The notes under the pieces: generated by a model
Databases searched by the model: none
Seen by the model: the letters and a program-made list of their open reading frames with translations, nothing else
What the model was told of the DNA's origin: nothing
Virus record (IMG/VR): IMGVR_UViG_3300032247_001517
Span: 1 to 62,483 of that record
Reading direction: 5' to 3' (one strand)
Source: a virus
Taxonomy: Duplodnaviria; Caudoviricetes
DNA: 62,483 nt
Translations under genes and position numbers: made by a program
Part shown: positions 1 through 12,500 of the stretch, in pieces
Layout: the number at the start of each line of letters is the position of its first letter
Position numbering within the stretch: position 1 is the stretch's first letter

Positions 1-1
1 C

Positions 2-301
2 AATCCAGTGGTGTTGAGTGCCGGCGATGAACAGGATACGCAGATAGAGGGTTGTCTCAGCTTGCCGGGACTAAGTTTCAACATACGACGCAGCAAGAAC
101 ATCAAGGTCATGTTCAGAGATGCTGACGGCAATCAGCAGGTAACTGATATGGGCGAAGGATGGAGCAGGATCTTCCTGCACGAGTTTGATCACTTGCAGG
201 GCATCATGATCGATGACAGGGTTGGTCCAGTCAAGCTGATGATGGCCAAGAAAAAACTGGAAAAGATCAAGAGGAAACAGCAGCGAGGAGTGGCAGCATG
301 A
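2..301 (+). CDS. def: Peptide deformylase, 5'-truncated by window edge
   Basis: EGCLS and HEFDHLQG metal-binding motifs; frame is open to the window start. Confidence 0.93.
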   Translation, partial: NPVVLSAGDEQDTQIEGCLSLPGLSFNIRRSKNIKVMFRDADGNQQVTDMGEGWSRIFLHEFDHLQGIMIDDRVGPVKLMMAKKKLEKIKRKQQRGVAA

Positions 302-2583
302 CCATGGGGTCCATAGAGCAATCGATGCAGCGCTCATATCAATTGGCTGCCAATCTCAATCACGAGTTGGTTACCCTGGAGCATCTACTGGCTGGGCTGC
401 TGGAGATGGAAGGCATACAGAAGATGATCACCAAAGCAGGTGGTGATCTGGAAAGCCTCATCTCTCATACCAGCGATTGGCTAAACACTGACAGCAACCA
501 TGTGATAGTGAAACAGGGCAGCTTCCAACCGCGCCACACCACTCTGCTCAGCAACGTGATCAAGAAAGCCAAGACCCAGAGCATGTTCAGCGGTAGGAGG
601 GAACTTGGCCCAGCTGACATATTCCTAGCGCTGTATCACATACCAGATAGCCCAGCCAGCTGGTTCATCGAGCAATATGCCCCACCAAAAGAAAAGATAC
701 TGGAGTACCTAAGCAAGGGCGACAGTGATACTACCAACGGCATGGACGAGTCTCAGGCTCTAGAGGTGCTGCAACAGTACTGCATCAATCTCAACGACAA
801 GGCACAGGATGGCAAGATAGATCCTCTGATAGGTCGAGAAAAAGAAGTTGAGCAGATCACACAGATCATAGCAAGGCGCAACAAGCACAACGTGATCATG
901 ACAGGCGATCCGGGCGTGGGCAAGACAGTGATAGTTGAAGGTCTGGCTCGCCGCATCACGGAAGGCGACGTACCTGACATACTGCTAGACAAAGTGATCT
1001 GGAATTTGGACGTTGCTACTCTGGTAGCCGGCACCAAATTCAGAGGTGATTTTGAAGAGAGGATGAAGCAGATAATCTCAGCATTTTCTGCGGTACCTTC
1101 CGCTATCATGTTCATTGACGAGATACACATGATCATGGGTGCAGGCAGCGGTGGCGCCGGCGGTAGCTTAGATGCAGCTAACATGCTGAAACCTGCTCTG
1201 AGCCGTGGTGAGATCTGCTGCATTGGCAGTACCACTAACGATGAATATCGCAAGCACTTTGAAAAGGATCGTGCCCTAGTAAGGCGTTTCCAAAAGCTGG
1301 ACATCTTTGAACCCAGCATAGAAGACAGCAAGCGCATACTGCAGGGCATTGCCAAGCACTACGAAGAATATTATGGAATGCAGTTTGAAACAGCAGCATT
1401 GGATGCGGCTGTTGATCTGACATCGCGACACATACATGACAAATGCTTGCCAGATAAAGCCATTGATATCATAGACAGTGCTGCAGCATGGCAACGCATC
1501 AAACCAGAATCTGAACGTGCCACGGTGATCACCAAGGAGATGGTCGAAGCTGAAGTCAGCAGGGTTGCCAAGGTGCCAGTGACCACTGTGAAGAGCAAGG
1601 AAGCCGATAAGCTAGAGCTGTTAGACACAGATCTGAGGTCAAGGATATTTGGACAGACTGATGCCATCGACGGTGTGGTCAACGCCATATACATGAGCAG
1701 GAGCGGGCTGCGCGAAAGCGACAAGACCGTGGGCAGCTTCCTGTTCTCAGGTCCCAGCGGTGTTGGCAAGACAGAAGTTGCCAAGCAGTTGGCCAAGAGC
1801 CTGGGTGTGCACTTCACACGCTTTGACATGAGCGAGTTCCAGGAACGTCACACAGTGAGCAAGTTCATCGGATCACCTCCGGGCTACGTTGGTTACGGTG
1901 ATGGTGGTGCAGGCGGCGGCATGCTGATCAACGAGCTGGAGACTCATCCGCACTGTGTGCTGTTGTTTGACGAGATCGAAAAGGCACACCCGGATGTCTA
2001 TAACATTTTCCTGGCCATGATGGATCACGGCATGGTCACTAGCAGCCAGGGCAAGAGCGCTAGCGCACGCAATGCTATCGTGATATTCACCAGCAATCTC
2101 GGCGCAGCTGAGATGGAAAAAGAACTGATAGGTTTCACCAAGAGCGATAACAGGGACGAAGATACTCAGGCCATCAATAGGTTCTTTACTCCGGAATTCC
2201 GCAACAGGCTAGATGCAGTGATCAAGTTCAACAAGCTTGGCAAGGAACAGATGGATCTCATCGTTGACAAGTTCATCTTGGAACTCAACAATCTCAGCAA
2301 GAGCAAAGGTGTTAACATCATCTGCGATCCCGCAGCCAAGAAATGGCTCATAGACAAGGGCTTTGATAAGAACATGGGTGCACGACCCTTGGCTCGGGTC
2401 ATTGCTGACAACATCAAGAAGCCTCTGAGCAGAGAGATACTGTTCGGCAAATTGCGCAATGGCGGTGCTGTGATGATCACAGCCAAGGACAGCAAGCTGG
2501 AATTTGAATATCTCAGCAACCCAGAGCAACCGTCAGACGAATCACCGTTATCTGCACATGATCTAGCAGAGGTGACAGTATGA
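298..2583 (+). CDS. clpA: ATP-dependent Clp protease ATP-binding subunit, ClpA-like
   Basis: Clp N domain, two AAA+ modules (GDPGVGKT/FIDEIH; GPSGVGKT/LFDEIEKAH), IGF loop (ELIGF), GARPL motif, no ClpB middle domain. Confidence 0.93.
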   Translation: MTMGSIEQSMQRSYQLAANLNHELVTLEHLLAGLLEMEGIQKMITKAGGDLESLISHTSDWLNTDSNHVIVKQGSFQPRHTTLLSNVIKKAKTQSMFSGRRELGPADIFLALYHIPDSPASWFIEQYAPPKEKILEYLSKGDSDTTNGMDESQALEVLQQYCINLNDKAQDGKIDPLIGREKEVEQITQIIARRNKHNVIMTGDPGVGKTVIVEGLARRITEGDVPDILLDKVIWNLDVATLVAGTKFRGDFEERMKQIISAFSAVPSAIMFIDEIHMIMGAGSGGAGGSLDAANMLKPALSRGEICCIGSTTNDEYRKHFEKDRALVRRFQKLDIFEPSIEDSKRILQGIAKHYEEYYGMQFETAALDAAVDLTSRHIHDKCLPDKAIDIIDSAAAWQRIKPESERATVITKEMVEAEVSRVAKVPVTTVKSKEADKLELLDTDLRSRIFGQTDAIDGVVNAIYMSRSGLRESDKTVGSFLFSGPSGVGKTEVAKQLAKSLGVHFTRFDMSEFQERHTVSKFIGSPPGYVGYGDGGAGGGMLINELETHPHCVLLFDEIEKAHPDVYNIFLAMMDHGMVTSSQGKSASARNAIVIFTSNLGAAEMEKELIGFTKSDNRDEDTQAINRFFTPEFRNRLDAVIKFNKLGKEQMDLIVDKFILELNNLSKSKGVNIICDPAAKKWLIDKGFDKNMGARPLARVIADNIKKPLSREILFGKLRNGGAVMITAKDSKLEFEYLSNPEQPSDESPLSAHDLAEVTV

Positions 2584-2918
2584 TGCCGCTGATCACCACA
2601 TTGATAGACAACGGCATATTGACCACAGAAGCTGTGGTGACTGCGAGAACCACACAGATCAACCGCTACGGTGTGGCCGTACACACTCAGGAAGACTATC
2701 TGCTCAAGAGCATAACCTCGCACAGCGACGGTTATAGACTATCGCTCAGCGATCTACTGGAGCGCTATTACGTGCAGGTAGGCATCAATGACATCACAGC
2801 AATAGATGGCATGAGCCTGGACAGATATGCCGAGGTTTACAACATAAATTCAGATGGATCAAAGCGATCAATAGGAAGAAAACGAGGCCGTAAACCTAAG
2901 ATTAGGCCTATGGCCTGA
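2580..2918 (+). CDS. Hypothetical protein with basic C-terminus (RKRGRKPK)
   Basis: ORF overlapping the clpA stop by ATGA. Confidence 0.7.
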   Translation: MMPLITTLIDNGILTTEAVVTARTTQINRYGVAVHTQEDYLLKSITSHSDGYRLSLSDLLERYYVQVGINDITAIDGMSLDRYAEVYNINSDGSKRSIGRKRGRKPKIRPMA

Positions 2919-2957
2919 TACGATCATAAGTATCTTACGCCAATTAGGAGAAAGAAC

Positions 2958-3140
2958 ATGGCCAAGCTTATAGAAGAATTGGTAGTGATCAAGCTGACCA
3001 AGATGGTCAAAGACAACAGCGCAGACACTACAGTGCTAACAGAGGAAGCACGAGACCTATTAACAGCTACAGCACCTGCCCTGATAGAAGAAGTACTAAA
3101 TGATGGATCAGTGGTAGTTGAACTGGCAGAACTAGGTTAA
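2958..3140 (+). CDS. Small hypothetical protein
   Basis: AGGAG RBS upstream, 60 aa ORF. Confidence 0.75.
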   Translation: MAKLIEELVVIKLTKMVKDNSADTTVLTEEARDLLTATAPALIEEVLNDGSVVVELAELG

Positions 3141-3145
3141 CTTAC

Positions 3146-3176
3146 TGCCGCTAAATAATCCAGCATTTAGGCGGCA
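3146..3176 (+). promoter_or_regulatory. TAAATA late-promoter-like motif (3152-3157) inside a hairpin that covers the RBS
   Basis: TGCCGC-TAAAT...ATTTAG-GCGGCA inverted repeat ending 2 nt before ATG 3179. Confidence 0.55.
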
Positions 3177-3178
3177 TC

Positions 3179-4504
3179 ATGATCAGCGTTACACTATTAT
3201 CCACCACGGTAGATCAAATCAACGTCGTCGGACCCAAGCAGCAGGGGGCCGGTTACAATAACACGGTAGGTAACAACCATACCGTCAGCATCAATCTGGA
3301 CAATTTCACCGGAAGGATCTACATTCAGGGCAGCCTGGCCAATGATCCCAAAGAAACTGATTGGTTCAACATACCGATAGGTAATGGAACTCCCTATGTG
3401 CAGTTCCCACTGGATCCTGCTTTTCCAACTGGTTATAATCCAGCACTGAATCAATGGCCGCTCAATGGGTCGCCAAATTCATCTAACGGTGACACTGGTA
3501 TCTATGCCTACAGCTTCAGCGGTAATTACATATGGATACGCGCAGTAGTTGACCGCAAATATCTGGTTCCACCACCGATTGACCCCTATTTCGTAGGCTA
3601 CGTAAGCCAAATACTGCTAAACTATGGCGCCATAGCAGGCGGCGGCAACAGTCCACAAGCTACCAACACAGGCGGCGCAGAAGGACCTCCAGGACCTCCG
3701 GGACCAACAGGCCCTCTTGGTACTGGACCTACCGGCAGCATAGGACCAACTGGTCCAGCTGCTAGTGGAGCATTCCAGCGCTATGATCAGTATGCTACTC
3801 CGGGTCAAACTGTGTTTACAGCATCATATGTACCTGGATTCGTAGACGTCTACTACAACGGACTGCTGCTAGTACCGGTCAATGATTACATCGCCGCAGA
3901 CGGCGAGACTGTGGTATTGACCAACTCTGCACTGGGTGGCGACCCTGTAAGCATCGTGGCCTGGGAGATAGCTAGCCTATCAACCGTGACAGGTCCAACT
4001 GGTCCAAGCGGCGGGCCGATAGGTCCAACTGGGCCATCTTCAACCATAACTGGTCCAACTGGTCCAGTCAGCACTGTGCCTGGTACAACAGGTAGCACAG
4101 GAGTCACAGGTCCAAGTGGCCCTACAGGAGCTGTTGGGCCCACTGCCACCAGTCTGGTCAGCTTTAGATTGCTGTTCAGCAGCGGCGTGATCTTGCCTAC
4201 AGGATTTGTTGACAATCTCTTTAACATTTCAGAATCTCAGATCACCAGATTGAGCGATACTCAGATCACCATAGATCACAACATGAACCAATATCCAAGC
4301 ATGGTTAGCTGCCAAGGCGGACCTCTGGTACAGCCAGCAGGTGCTTATAGGCAGACCGTACCGTCAGCAGCCACCAGTGGATCATATTCTGCATTGAGCA
4401 TAACAATAAACAGTACCAGTTTATTTGCGCTAACACCTGGTAACACAGGTGTACCAGCCAGCGGCAATGGATACCTCTGGGTCAGCATGATATTCACCGG
4501 ATGA
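3179..4504 (+). CDS. Collagen-like (G-P-T repeat) virion fibre/decoration protein
   Basis: Two GXY tracts flanking a [10 protein letters not shown]...DYIAADG fibre-type module. Confidence 0.8.
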   Translation: MISVTLLSTTVDQINVVGPKQQGAGYNNTVGNNHTVSINLDNFTGRIYIQGSLANDPKETDWFNIPIGNGTPYVQFPLDPAFPTGYNPALNQWPLNGSPNSSNGDTGIYAYSFSGNYIWIRAVVDRKYLVPPPIDPYFVGYVSQILLNYGAIAGGGNSPQATNTGGAEGPPGPPGPTGPLGTGPTGSIGPTGPAASGAFQRYDQYATPGQTVFTASYVPGFVDVYYNGLLLVPVNDYIAADGETVVLTNSALGGDPVSIVAWEIASLSTVTGPTGPSGGPIGPTGPSSTITGPTGPVSTVPGTTGSTGVTGPSGPTGAVGPTATSLVSFRLLFSSGVILPTGFVDNLFNISESQITRLSDTQITIDHNMNQYPSMVSCQGGPLVQPAGAYRQTVPSAATSGSYSALSITINSTSLFALTPGNTGVPASGNGYLWVSMIFTG

Positions 4505-4517
4505 TGGAGGCATAGCC

Positions 4518-6524
4518 GTGGCATCTATCCTCCCAATACTCACTCTCTACGTAGACAACATCACCATAACACCACTGGCGTACTGGCCGGTTGACGAAGG
4601 TCCTGTATACGGCGAAGATCAATGGTGGCAGGGCGGTCCAGCCCCCCAGCCCTATCGTTGGACCATGACTGCTGCTGTAACACAGCAGAATCACAGCAGT
4701 TTCAGCACACCTCAGCTGTATATCTACGATGCACTGGACATACAGGTTGGCATGTGGTATGGCGAAGCTGCCACAGGACGCTGCACACAGATAGTAGAGA
4801 TAATCTCAGCGACTGCGGACAGCATAGAGTGCATCATAGAAGATACTGGTCGCTGGGAGCAATTCAGCAGCCCTAACGGTGTAGCCACTTCTGGAAATCC
4901 GGGTTTCATCTTCTCCATAGATGAGGATGGAATACCAGTATTCCATACTCTCACGCTGTATAACAGCTTCATACAACCCTACCCAGGCTTCCTGCAAGAC
5001 GTTATCAGCAAGTTTGAAGCACGCAATCTCAAGCAGAATCTGGTCACGGTATATCAGCCCGACAATGGGTTCTCAGTAGGGGACGTGATCTATCTGCTTA
5101 ACGATGGATCCTATGCAGCGGCACAAGCCAATTCTAGGACAACTATCAATGTGATAGGCACTGTGCGGCAGATAGGCATACCCGGATACGATTATTTCAG
5201 CTGGGAACCTCGAGGCAAGATACTTTACGATCTCAGCGGGCTGCCAGGATTGCCAGGTGATGTCCTGTGGCTGAGCACTAGTACGCCAGGTGGTCTCACT
5301 GCCAGCAAACCAAACACACTAGCTATACCAGTCTACATCAAGATTGATGAGAGCAGTGCAGTTAAACTGTCACAGGTTGGCGCCGTCGCTCCGCTCAACA
5401 ACTATGATAGCATATCTCCTCCCACGGTCAATGACGATGAGACCCAGGGATATGGTGTTGGCAGCATGTGGGTCGATCGCGGCATAAACGTGGCTTACAT
5501 CTGCCTCAATCCTACCACAGGCAATGCCAACTGGCAGCAAATAGGCAGCAGTTCCGCAGCAGGTGCCACGGGTCCAACTGGTCCATCTGGCATGGACGGA
5601 CCCACAGGTCCAACAGGCACCCCGGGCACTGCTGCACTGACTGGCGCTACTGGCCCCACAGGTGAGGTTGGTCCAACTGGAGCACAGGGCATCGACGGTC
5701 CTACAGGTCCAACTGGTCAAGGCGGCGAGACAGGTCCAACTGGACCTGCAGCAGTTGGCGCTTTCCAAGAATACAACTTCACTGCGGTTAATCAACAACA
5801 GACGTTCGTGTGCGAGTACACAGCTCCATACATAGAAGTTTATGTCAACGGTGTCAAGCTCACACCCAGCGAATATCTAGCCAACAATGGTCACCAGGTA
5901 AGGCTGAATGCACCGTGCGTGACCGGCGATTTGGTTGATATCATAGCGTGGAGCATTGGCAGCGTGAGCCAGCTCACTGGTCCAACAGGACCAACAGGTG
6001 TTGCTGTTGGATATTTCGTGGAAACCATAGCAGACCGAGATGCACTACAGGTAACACTTGGTACCATAGTGTTTGTCTATGACGATGGAAGTGGACATAA
6101 CCAAGCATATCTAGCAGCACAGCTGGGTCCCACTGTTTGGCAACCAATCGGACTGAGCACAGATGGACACAATGTGGGCAATACCACATCTGGTAGCACC
6201 ACGCTCACGTACACTTTCATCGCAGCTGGTACCTATGCCAGCAGCAACCCGTTGATGGTAGGAACCATGGCTCCTCCCAAGACCGTGCAGTACATAGGCG
6301 TGCAGATAAACACGCCATTCAACGATCCCGCTAGCACCATCGACATAGGAACCTACGATCAGACAGGCTTGCTAATGGATAACACTCTGATCGACACTAC
6401 CACCGTGGGTTTATACAGTACCGCAGTTGATTATCCCGTGCTTGCCACCACTGCTATCAAGGCGTTCATAGGCGTAGGAACCAGCACACAAGGCTCTTTC
6501 AGAGTCACCATGGACTACAGCTGA
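4518..6524 (+). CDS. Collagen-like virion fibre protein
   Basis: GPTGPT tracts and an [10 protein letters not shown]...EYLANNG module shared with the previous gene; GTG start, GGAGG RBS. Confidence 0.8.
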   Translation: MASILPILTLYVDNITITPLAYWPVDEGPVYGEDQWWQGGPAPQPYRWTMTAAVTQQNHSSFSTPQLYIYDALDIQVGMWYGEAATGRCTQIVEIISATADSIECIIEDTGRWEQFSSPNGVATSGNPGFIFSIDEDGIPVFHTLTLYNSFIQPYPGFLQDVISKFEARNLKQNLVTVYQPDNGFSVGDVIYLLNDGSYAAAQANSRTTINVIGTVRQIGIPGYDYFSWEPRGKILYDLSGLPGLPGDVLWLSTSTPGGLTASKPNTLAIPVYIKIDESSAVKLSQVGAVAPLNNYDSISPPTVNDDETQGYGVGSMWVDRGINVAYICLNPTTGNANWQQIGSSSAAGATGPTGPSGMDGPTGPTGTPGTAALTGATGPTGEVGPTGAQGIDGPTGPTGQGGETGPTGPAAVGAFQEYNFTAVNQQQTFVCEYTAPYIEVYVNGVKLTPSEYLANNGHQVRLNAPCVTGDLVDIIAWSIGSVSQLTGPTGPTGVAVGYFVETIADRDALQVTLGTIVFVYDDGSGHNQAYLAAQLGPTVWQPIGLSTDGHNVGNTTSGSTTLTYTFIAAGTYASSNPLMVGTMAPPKTVQYIGVQINTPFNDPASTIDIGTYDQTGLLMDNTLIDTTTVGLYSTAVDYPVLATTAIKAFIGVGTSTQGSFRVTMDYS

Positions 6525-6591
6525 ACGCAGCAACCTGGCCAAACTAAATAATGGCAGCTATATTGGCCAAGATTTATAAGCCGGGAACAGG

Positions 6592-9500
6592 ATGACGCTG
6601 CCAAATAATCCAACTTTTGACTTCAAGCTCAGCGGCGTATCTGGCGACCTCACCTTTGGCAAGGGCGGTCCTCGCATAGCCAGCGACGGTGCTAATCTAC
6701 AGATGCTTAACGCAGATGGGCAGCCCGGCAACATCATTGCCAATCAGGGGGCTTTCACTGCCGTAGGCATAGGTACCAGCAGTGCATATTATCCATTAGA
6801 TATCTGGGGTAACATCCGTATATCCAACACTTCTACGTCAACCAGCGGTATAATTTTTCCCGATGGCACTTATCAAGATACTGCGGCATTCTACACACCT
6901 AGCTATGGCAATCCCGGCACCATACAGTTTGCCGGTGCTGCCAACACATTCAGCGGAGATAGCAGTAATCTCACCTGGGATTCCGTTAATCTAGCTCTGA
7001 ATGCCAGCAATATCAATGTAGCAGGTCTGATCACCAGCAGTAACATATCCGCTGACATATTTTCTGGTAATCTACTGTTCATAAGCGGCAACGGAAACAT
7101 AGTTTCTGATCTTACTGTGGGAGGCAACCTGCATGTTGACGGAACTGTTACCTTTGGCAATCTGGAAGTTGCACAAGATCTGGTGGTAAGGAGCCTGACC
7201 AGCAACACGTTTGTGCAGGCCGGAACCTTCATACTGGCCAATAGCATAGCCAGCAACAGTACCATACAAAGTGCCGGAATAGCCACAGTCAATCAGCTGA
7301 TCAGCAATGCCAACATCTATGGTGCTAATCTCAACATCGCAGCTGTTGCGCAAGTAAGCAGCTTGGTCAGCAACACCAACATCACAGGTGCTACTATCAA
7401 CAGCACTGGGCTGACCACTGTTAATCAGCTAATCAGCAACACAAACATCACCAGCGCTAGCCTGAACACAACTGGCATTGCGGCGGTCAATCAGTTGATC
7501 AGCAATGCCAACATCTACGGTGCTAATCTCAATGTAGCGGGTCTGGCACAGATCAACAGCTTGAATGTCAACACTGCTACCACCACTGCAAGTCTCAATG
7601 TTGGTGCGGGCGGAGCGATAGTCAGCAGCCTGATCAGCAATACCAACATCTACGGTGCTAATCTCAACATCTTTGGAACTGCTAGGATCAGCAACGTCTA
7701 TAGCAACGGATTCACGCAGACTGCTGGTCTGACCACTACCAATTCATTGATCAGCAATACCAACATCTATGGTGCTAATCTCAACATCTCAGGTTTGGCT
7801 CAGGTCAACAGCCTCAACGTTAACACTGCTACCAGCACTGCCAGCCTGAACGTGGGTGCAGGTGGGGCCATTGTCGGCAGCTTGATCAGCAACGGTGCAG
7901 TACAGGCTGCAGGGCAGGTCACTGCACAGACCATGGTCAGTAACACCACTATCAGCGCAGGTGGATTGATATCAGGTGCACTGATACGCAGCAATGGATT
8001 CGTAGAAGGTGTGACTCTCAAGACCAGTGATCTAGCACTGGTCAACAGCCTGCAGGTCAACACATCAGCTAGCACCAACACGCTGAACGTGATAACCAAT
8101 GCCGTTGTTCAGACCATCACCAGCAATACAACCATACAGAGCGCAGGTGCTGCGCTGTTCCAAACTGTCAACAGCAATACCAGCGTCACCGCACAGGGCA
8201 TCAATGCCATCAACGGTATCAGCGGCAACACAGTCATTGCCAATGTTACCATGAGCACCGCAGATCTCAATGTCAGCGGATGGGGACGTTTCACAAATAG
8301 CACTGTTAGCGGTAGCACGGGATCTGGTGCGCTGGTTGTCACAGGCGGTGTGGGCATAGGTGGTAATCTCAACGTTGGTGGCCAGCAGAACCTGTTTACT
8401 GGCAATGTTCGCATCAACGGTAACTTAACCGTACTGGGCAACAGTGTTATATTCAACACCAACACCGTAACCGTACTGGGTCCAACCATTGAAGTTGGTT
8501 CTGATAGTGCCAATAATCCGCCTTTGACCAGCAACGATGGCTATGATCGCGGCGTGTTGATGCACTATTTCATAGTGAATGACAATCATGCCTTCATGGG
8601 CTTGCAGAACAGCACTGGTAAGTTCGTATATCTAAACAATGTGCAGCCAGGTGTAACCAATGTAATCAATCCTTTTGAAAGCGTTTCGGGTTACGTGTAC
8701 GGTGCTGCACAGTTCGGTGATCTTACGCTCAGCAATGTTACCATCAGCAGCAACTCTGCTAATGGTGCTCTGGTAGTAGCTGGTGGGGCAGGCATAGGTG
8801 GTGCGCTGAACGTTGGCGACCAGATTGCCACCACCGGTAAAGGTAGGTTTGGACAGGACCTACTAGCTAACCAATTGAATTCAAATGCTGCTATCAGCGC
8901 AGTTGGTACCATAACCGGAAGCAGCATACATGCTAACAACGAGATAAGCGGTACCAACATCAGCGTGACAAACCGTGTCAGTGGTGATCTCATAGCTGCC
9001 AACACCAGCGTGACATCAGCTGGCATCACTGCACTGAACAACATCACTGGTAACATACTAGTTGGTAACCTTGCAGTAGTTACCACCAATGTGCAGGCAA
9101 CCACGTTGGTCTCTGCGCAGAACATAATCAGCAACAGCAGCATCGTGACAACTAGCTTGGTCGCAGGTGGTGCTGTGCAGGTCAATAGCCTCAACAGCAA
9201 TATCAATGTCAGCGCCAATGACATGAGCGCAGTCAACAGGATATCAGCTAACATCTTACAGGCTAATACCGCAGTTGTAGCTAGCAATGTCATTGTCAGC
9301 GGAACGTTACAGGCAAATGTGATCATTGGCAACCTATCTGTCACCAGTCCATTTGTTACAGCTTCCAATCTGTTGACAGGCGACAGCATAATCAGCAACA
9401 GCAATATCACCACAACCAATCTCACAGCCGGCGGTTTGCTCACTGCAAACTATGTGGTGGCTAATGTGAGAGTGAACACGCCAAATGTAACCAGCGTAGA

Positions 9501-12500
9501 CGGAACATTTACGCATGGCGTCGAAGCAGGCTATGTTTCCGCGTGGGAAGGTATCCAATCCACAGGCTTGGTGACAGGTAGGTCATTTGTATCGAACGGT
9601 TTCATTACCGCTCGCAATACCATAACATCCGGCCAGTCGGTGGTGGCAAATTTTGTTTTTGCCAATGTAGACATACAAGCCAATGGAAACATGTCTGCCG
9701 GATCCATAGTAAGCAACGGTGCCATCACGTCAGGTGGAGTGATAATTGGCAACATTATAATAAGCAATGCTACCATACAATCAGCACTGGGAGCACAAGT
9801 TGGCCTGCTGACCAGCAACGGTAACATACAGACTGCTGATTCTGTATTAGCAAACTATCTGTATGCTAACTTAGCTGTACATAGTCAAGGTGCTGTGTCA
9901 GGTGAAAGCATCTACAGCAACACCTATATACAAGCAACAAGCTTTGTTGAAGCCAACATATTGTATGGTAACAATGTAATACAGACTCCGGGTACCATTG
10001 TTGGTAATCAGCTGTTTGCAAATACCAGCGTACAGACCAGTGGTACGGTCATTGCAGGGCAGCTGAGTAGCAATAACTTCATCAGCGGCGGTAATCTGGT
10101 TGTCAGAGACACTGCCACTGTGGGCAATCTCATCGTTAATACCAACATCTACACCAGCAACCTCGTGGTCAGCAACATCACGCGGTTCAATGTTGCTACA
10201 GTAGATACCAGCCTAACCGTTGGAACCTATGTACAAGCTAATCAGCTGATAGCAAACGTTAATGTTGGTATAGGCACGGCTACAGTAGCATATCCTCTGG
10301 ATGTCTATGGCAACATACACATCGGTAACACCAGCACAATATCAGGTGTGCTGTTTGCAGACGGCAGCTTCCAAGCTACGGCTGCTAAAAACACACCCAG
10401 CTATGGCTATCCCTACACCATACAGTTTGCTGGTACAGCCAACACCTTCAGTGGCAATTCAAGCGCATTGTTCTGGGATTCAGGTAACCTCAGCTTGGTA
10501 AGTGACGGTGCCAACATCGTCAACAACATCAGGCTTGGAGGCAATCTACAGGGCAGTAACACCAGCATAATCAGTGGCAAGACTGGCACGTTCATCGGCG
10601 GTTTAGGTGGATTCGGAGCCATAAACGCAGGTGTGCAGAATTGGACTAATTACCAACCAAACACCGTGGCGCTGTTCGTAGGCAACGTGAATGCTGCAGC
10701 CCAGATCAATGTGCACAACGACAGCGACGGCGCAGCTGCTACAACAGACATAGTAGCCACGGCTGATAACGGAAACGCGTCTGACACCTACATAGATCTG
10801 GGTATCGCAGGCAGCGGCTATACACAAACAGGCCTAGTCAATGCCAATGACGGTTATCTCTTGGTGCACGGTAACACCACGACTGGAGGTGGTAACCTCA
10901 TTCTCAGCACACTGACTGCCAAGAGCATCGTGTTTAGCACCAATGGTCAGAGCGTTACCAATCAGATAGCCAGCTTCAATCACGGGCAAGGTCTGACCAT
11001 CAGCAGCAACGTGCAAAGCCTAACTCCTCTGGACGGCGCGTTGATAGTGCAGGGCGGCGTAGGTATCAATGGCAATCTCAATATCTCTGGTAACATAACC
11101 AGCCTCAGCGGTAACATACAGATCATAACAGGTAATAGCGCAACATTCTTTGGTGATGTCTATGGCTTTGGTGCACTGTATGCTGGCATACCAGCCGGAT
11201 ACAACTATCAGCCAAACACCATAGAACAGCTGAGCGCTAACATCAACGATTATGCACAGCTGAACCTGCAAAACATACACCCAGGCACCGCAGCCAGCGG
11301 TGATTTGGTGGTCACGGCAGATAACGGCAATGCCAATGACACATACATTGATCTGGGCATCAACAACAGCGGATTCAACCAAGGCACCATCGACGGTGCT
11401 AATGACGGGTTCCTATATGTTTCTGGAAATGCAGTCACAGGCGGCGGTAACCTAGTACTGGGTACTCTGGCCAACAATGACATCGTGTTCAGCCAGGGAG
11501 GTGCCGATCCTGCCAACGAAGTAGCCAGATTTGTCTACGGACAGGGTCTCAGTATCGAGACCAACATCAACAGCAGCAGCACAACATCTGGCAGCTTGGT
11601 AACCAATGGCGGAGTTGGCATTGGCCAAGACGCTTGGATAGGCGGATCACTGAACGTTGCCACCGGCGCTACCGTCACAGGGCAGAGCATATTCACTGCT
11701 AACATCGCTGGTCCAAGCTATGTCACGCTGTTCAACGCTGGCGCCAGCGGTGACCAGTTTGGCATAGGCGTGAGCCAAACGGCAGGCAACGGTGTGGCCA
11801 ACGATGTGCTCAATAGCACGCAGACTGGCTATGCACCCTACAACCTTTCGGCCAGCGAGATACACTTCAACATACCGTCTAGCCAACAGCATGCGCTGAA
11901 CATACTCAGCAACGGTAATGTGCAGGTCGCTCTGGGTCTAGACGTTGGCGGTATGCTAAACGTGACCAGCGCTGCAGTATTCCAAAATAACATCACAGTG
12001 AGCTCAAACAGCACGTTTAACAGCAATCTCACTGTGCTGGGCAGCCTAAATGCCAACATTGCTGTGCTTGGCAATCTGTCAGTTACTAACAGCTTGTCAG
12101 CAGGATATGCCAGCATTGGTAGCTTTGACCAGATCAACAGCCGAGGTTTTGCCAACGTACAGATCCTACAGAGCAACGGATATGTTAGCGGCAACACCTG
12201 GGTAGTTGACGGGAACGTCCTAACCAGCACCAGCACATTCCAGCAGGTAGTAGATGCATGGCCAGCTGCCAGCTTCCGCACTGCACACTATCTCCTGCAG
12301 GTCACCAACACCGTGACCAGCAGCTATCAGGCCAGCCAGATCATGCTGATACATGATGGCACAGATGTATATCTTACAGAATATGCTGACCTGGTTACCA
12401 ACGGACAGCTGGGAGCCTGGGAAGCTGACATCTCATCCGGCCTGGTGGAACTGCTGTTTACACCTTCCACTAACCAAAACATGGCAATCAAAGTGGTGAG

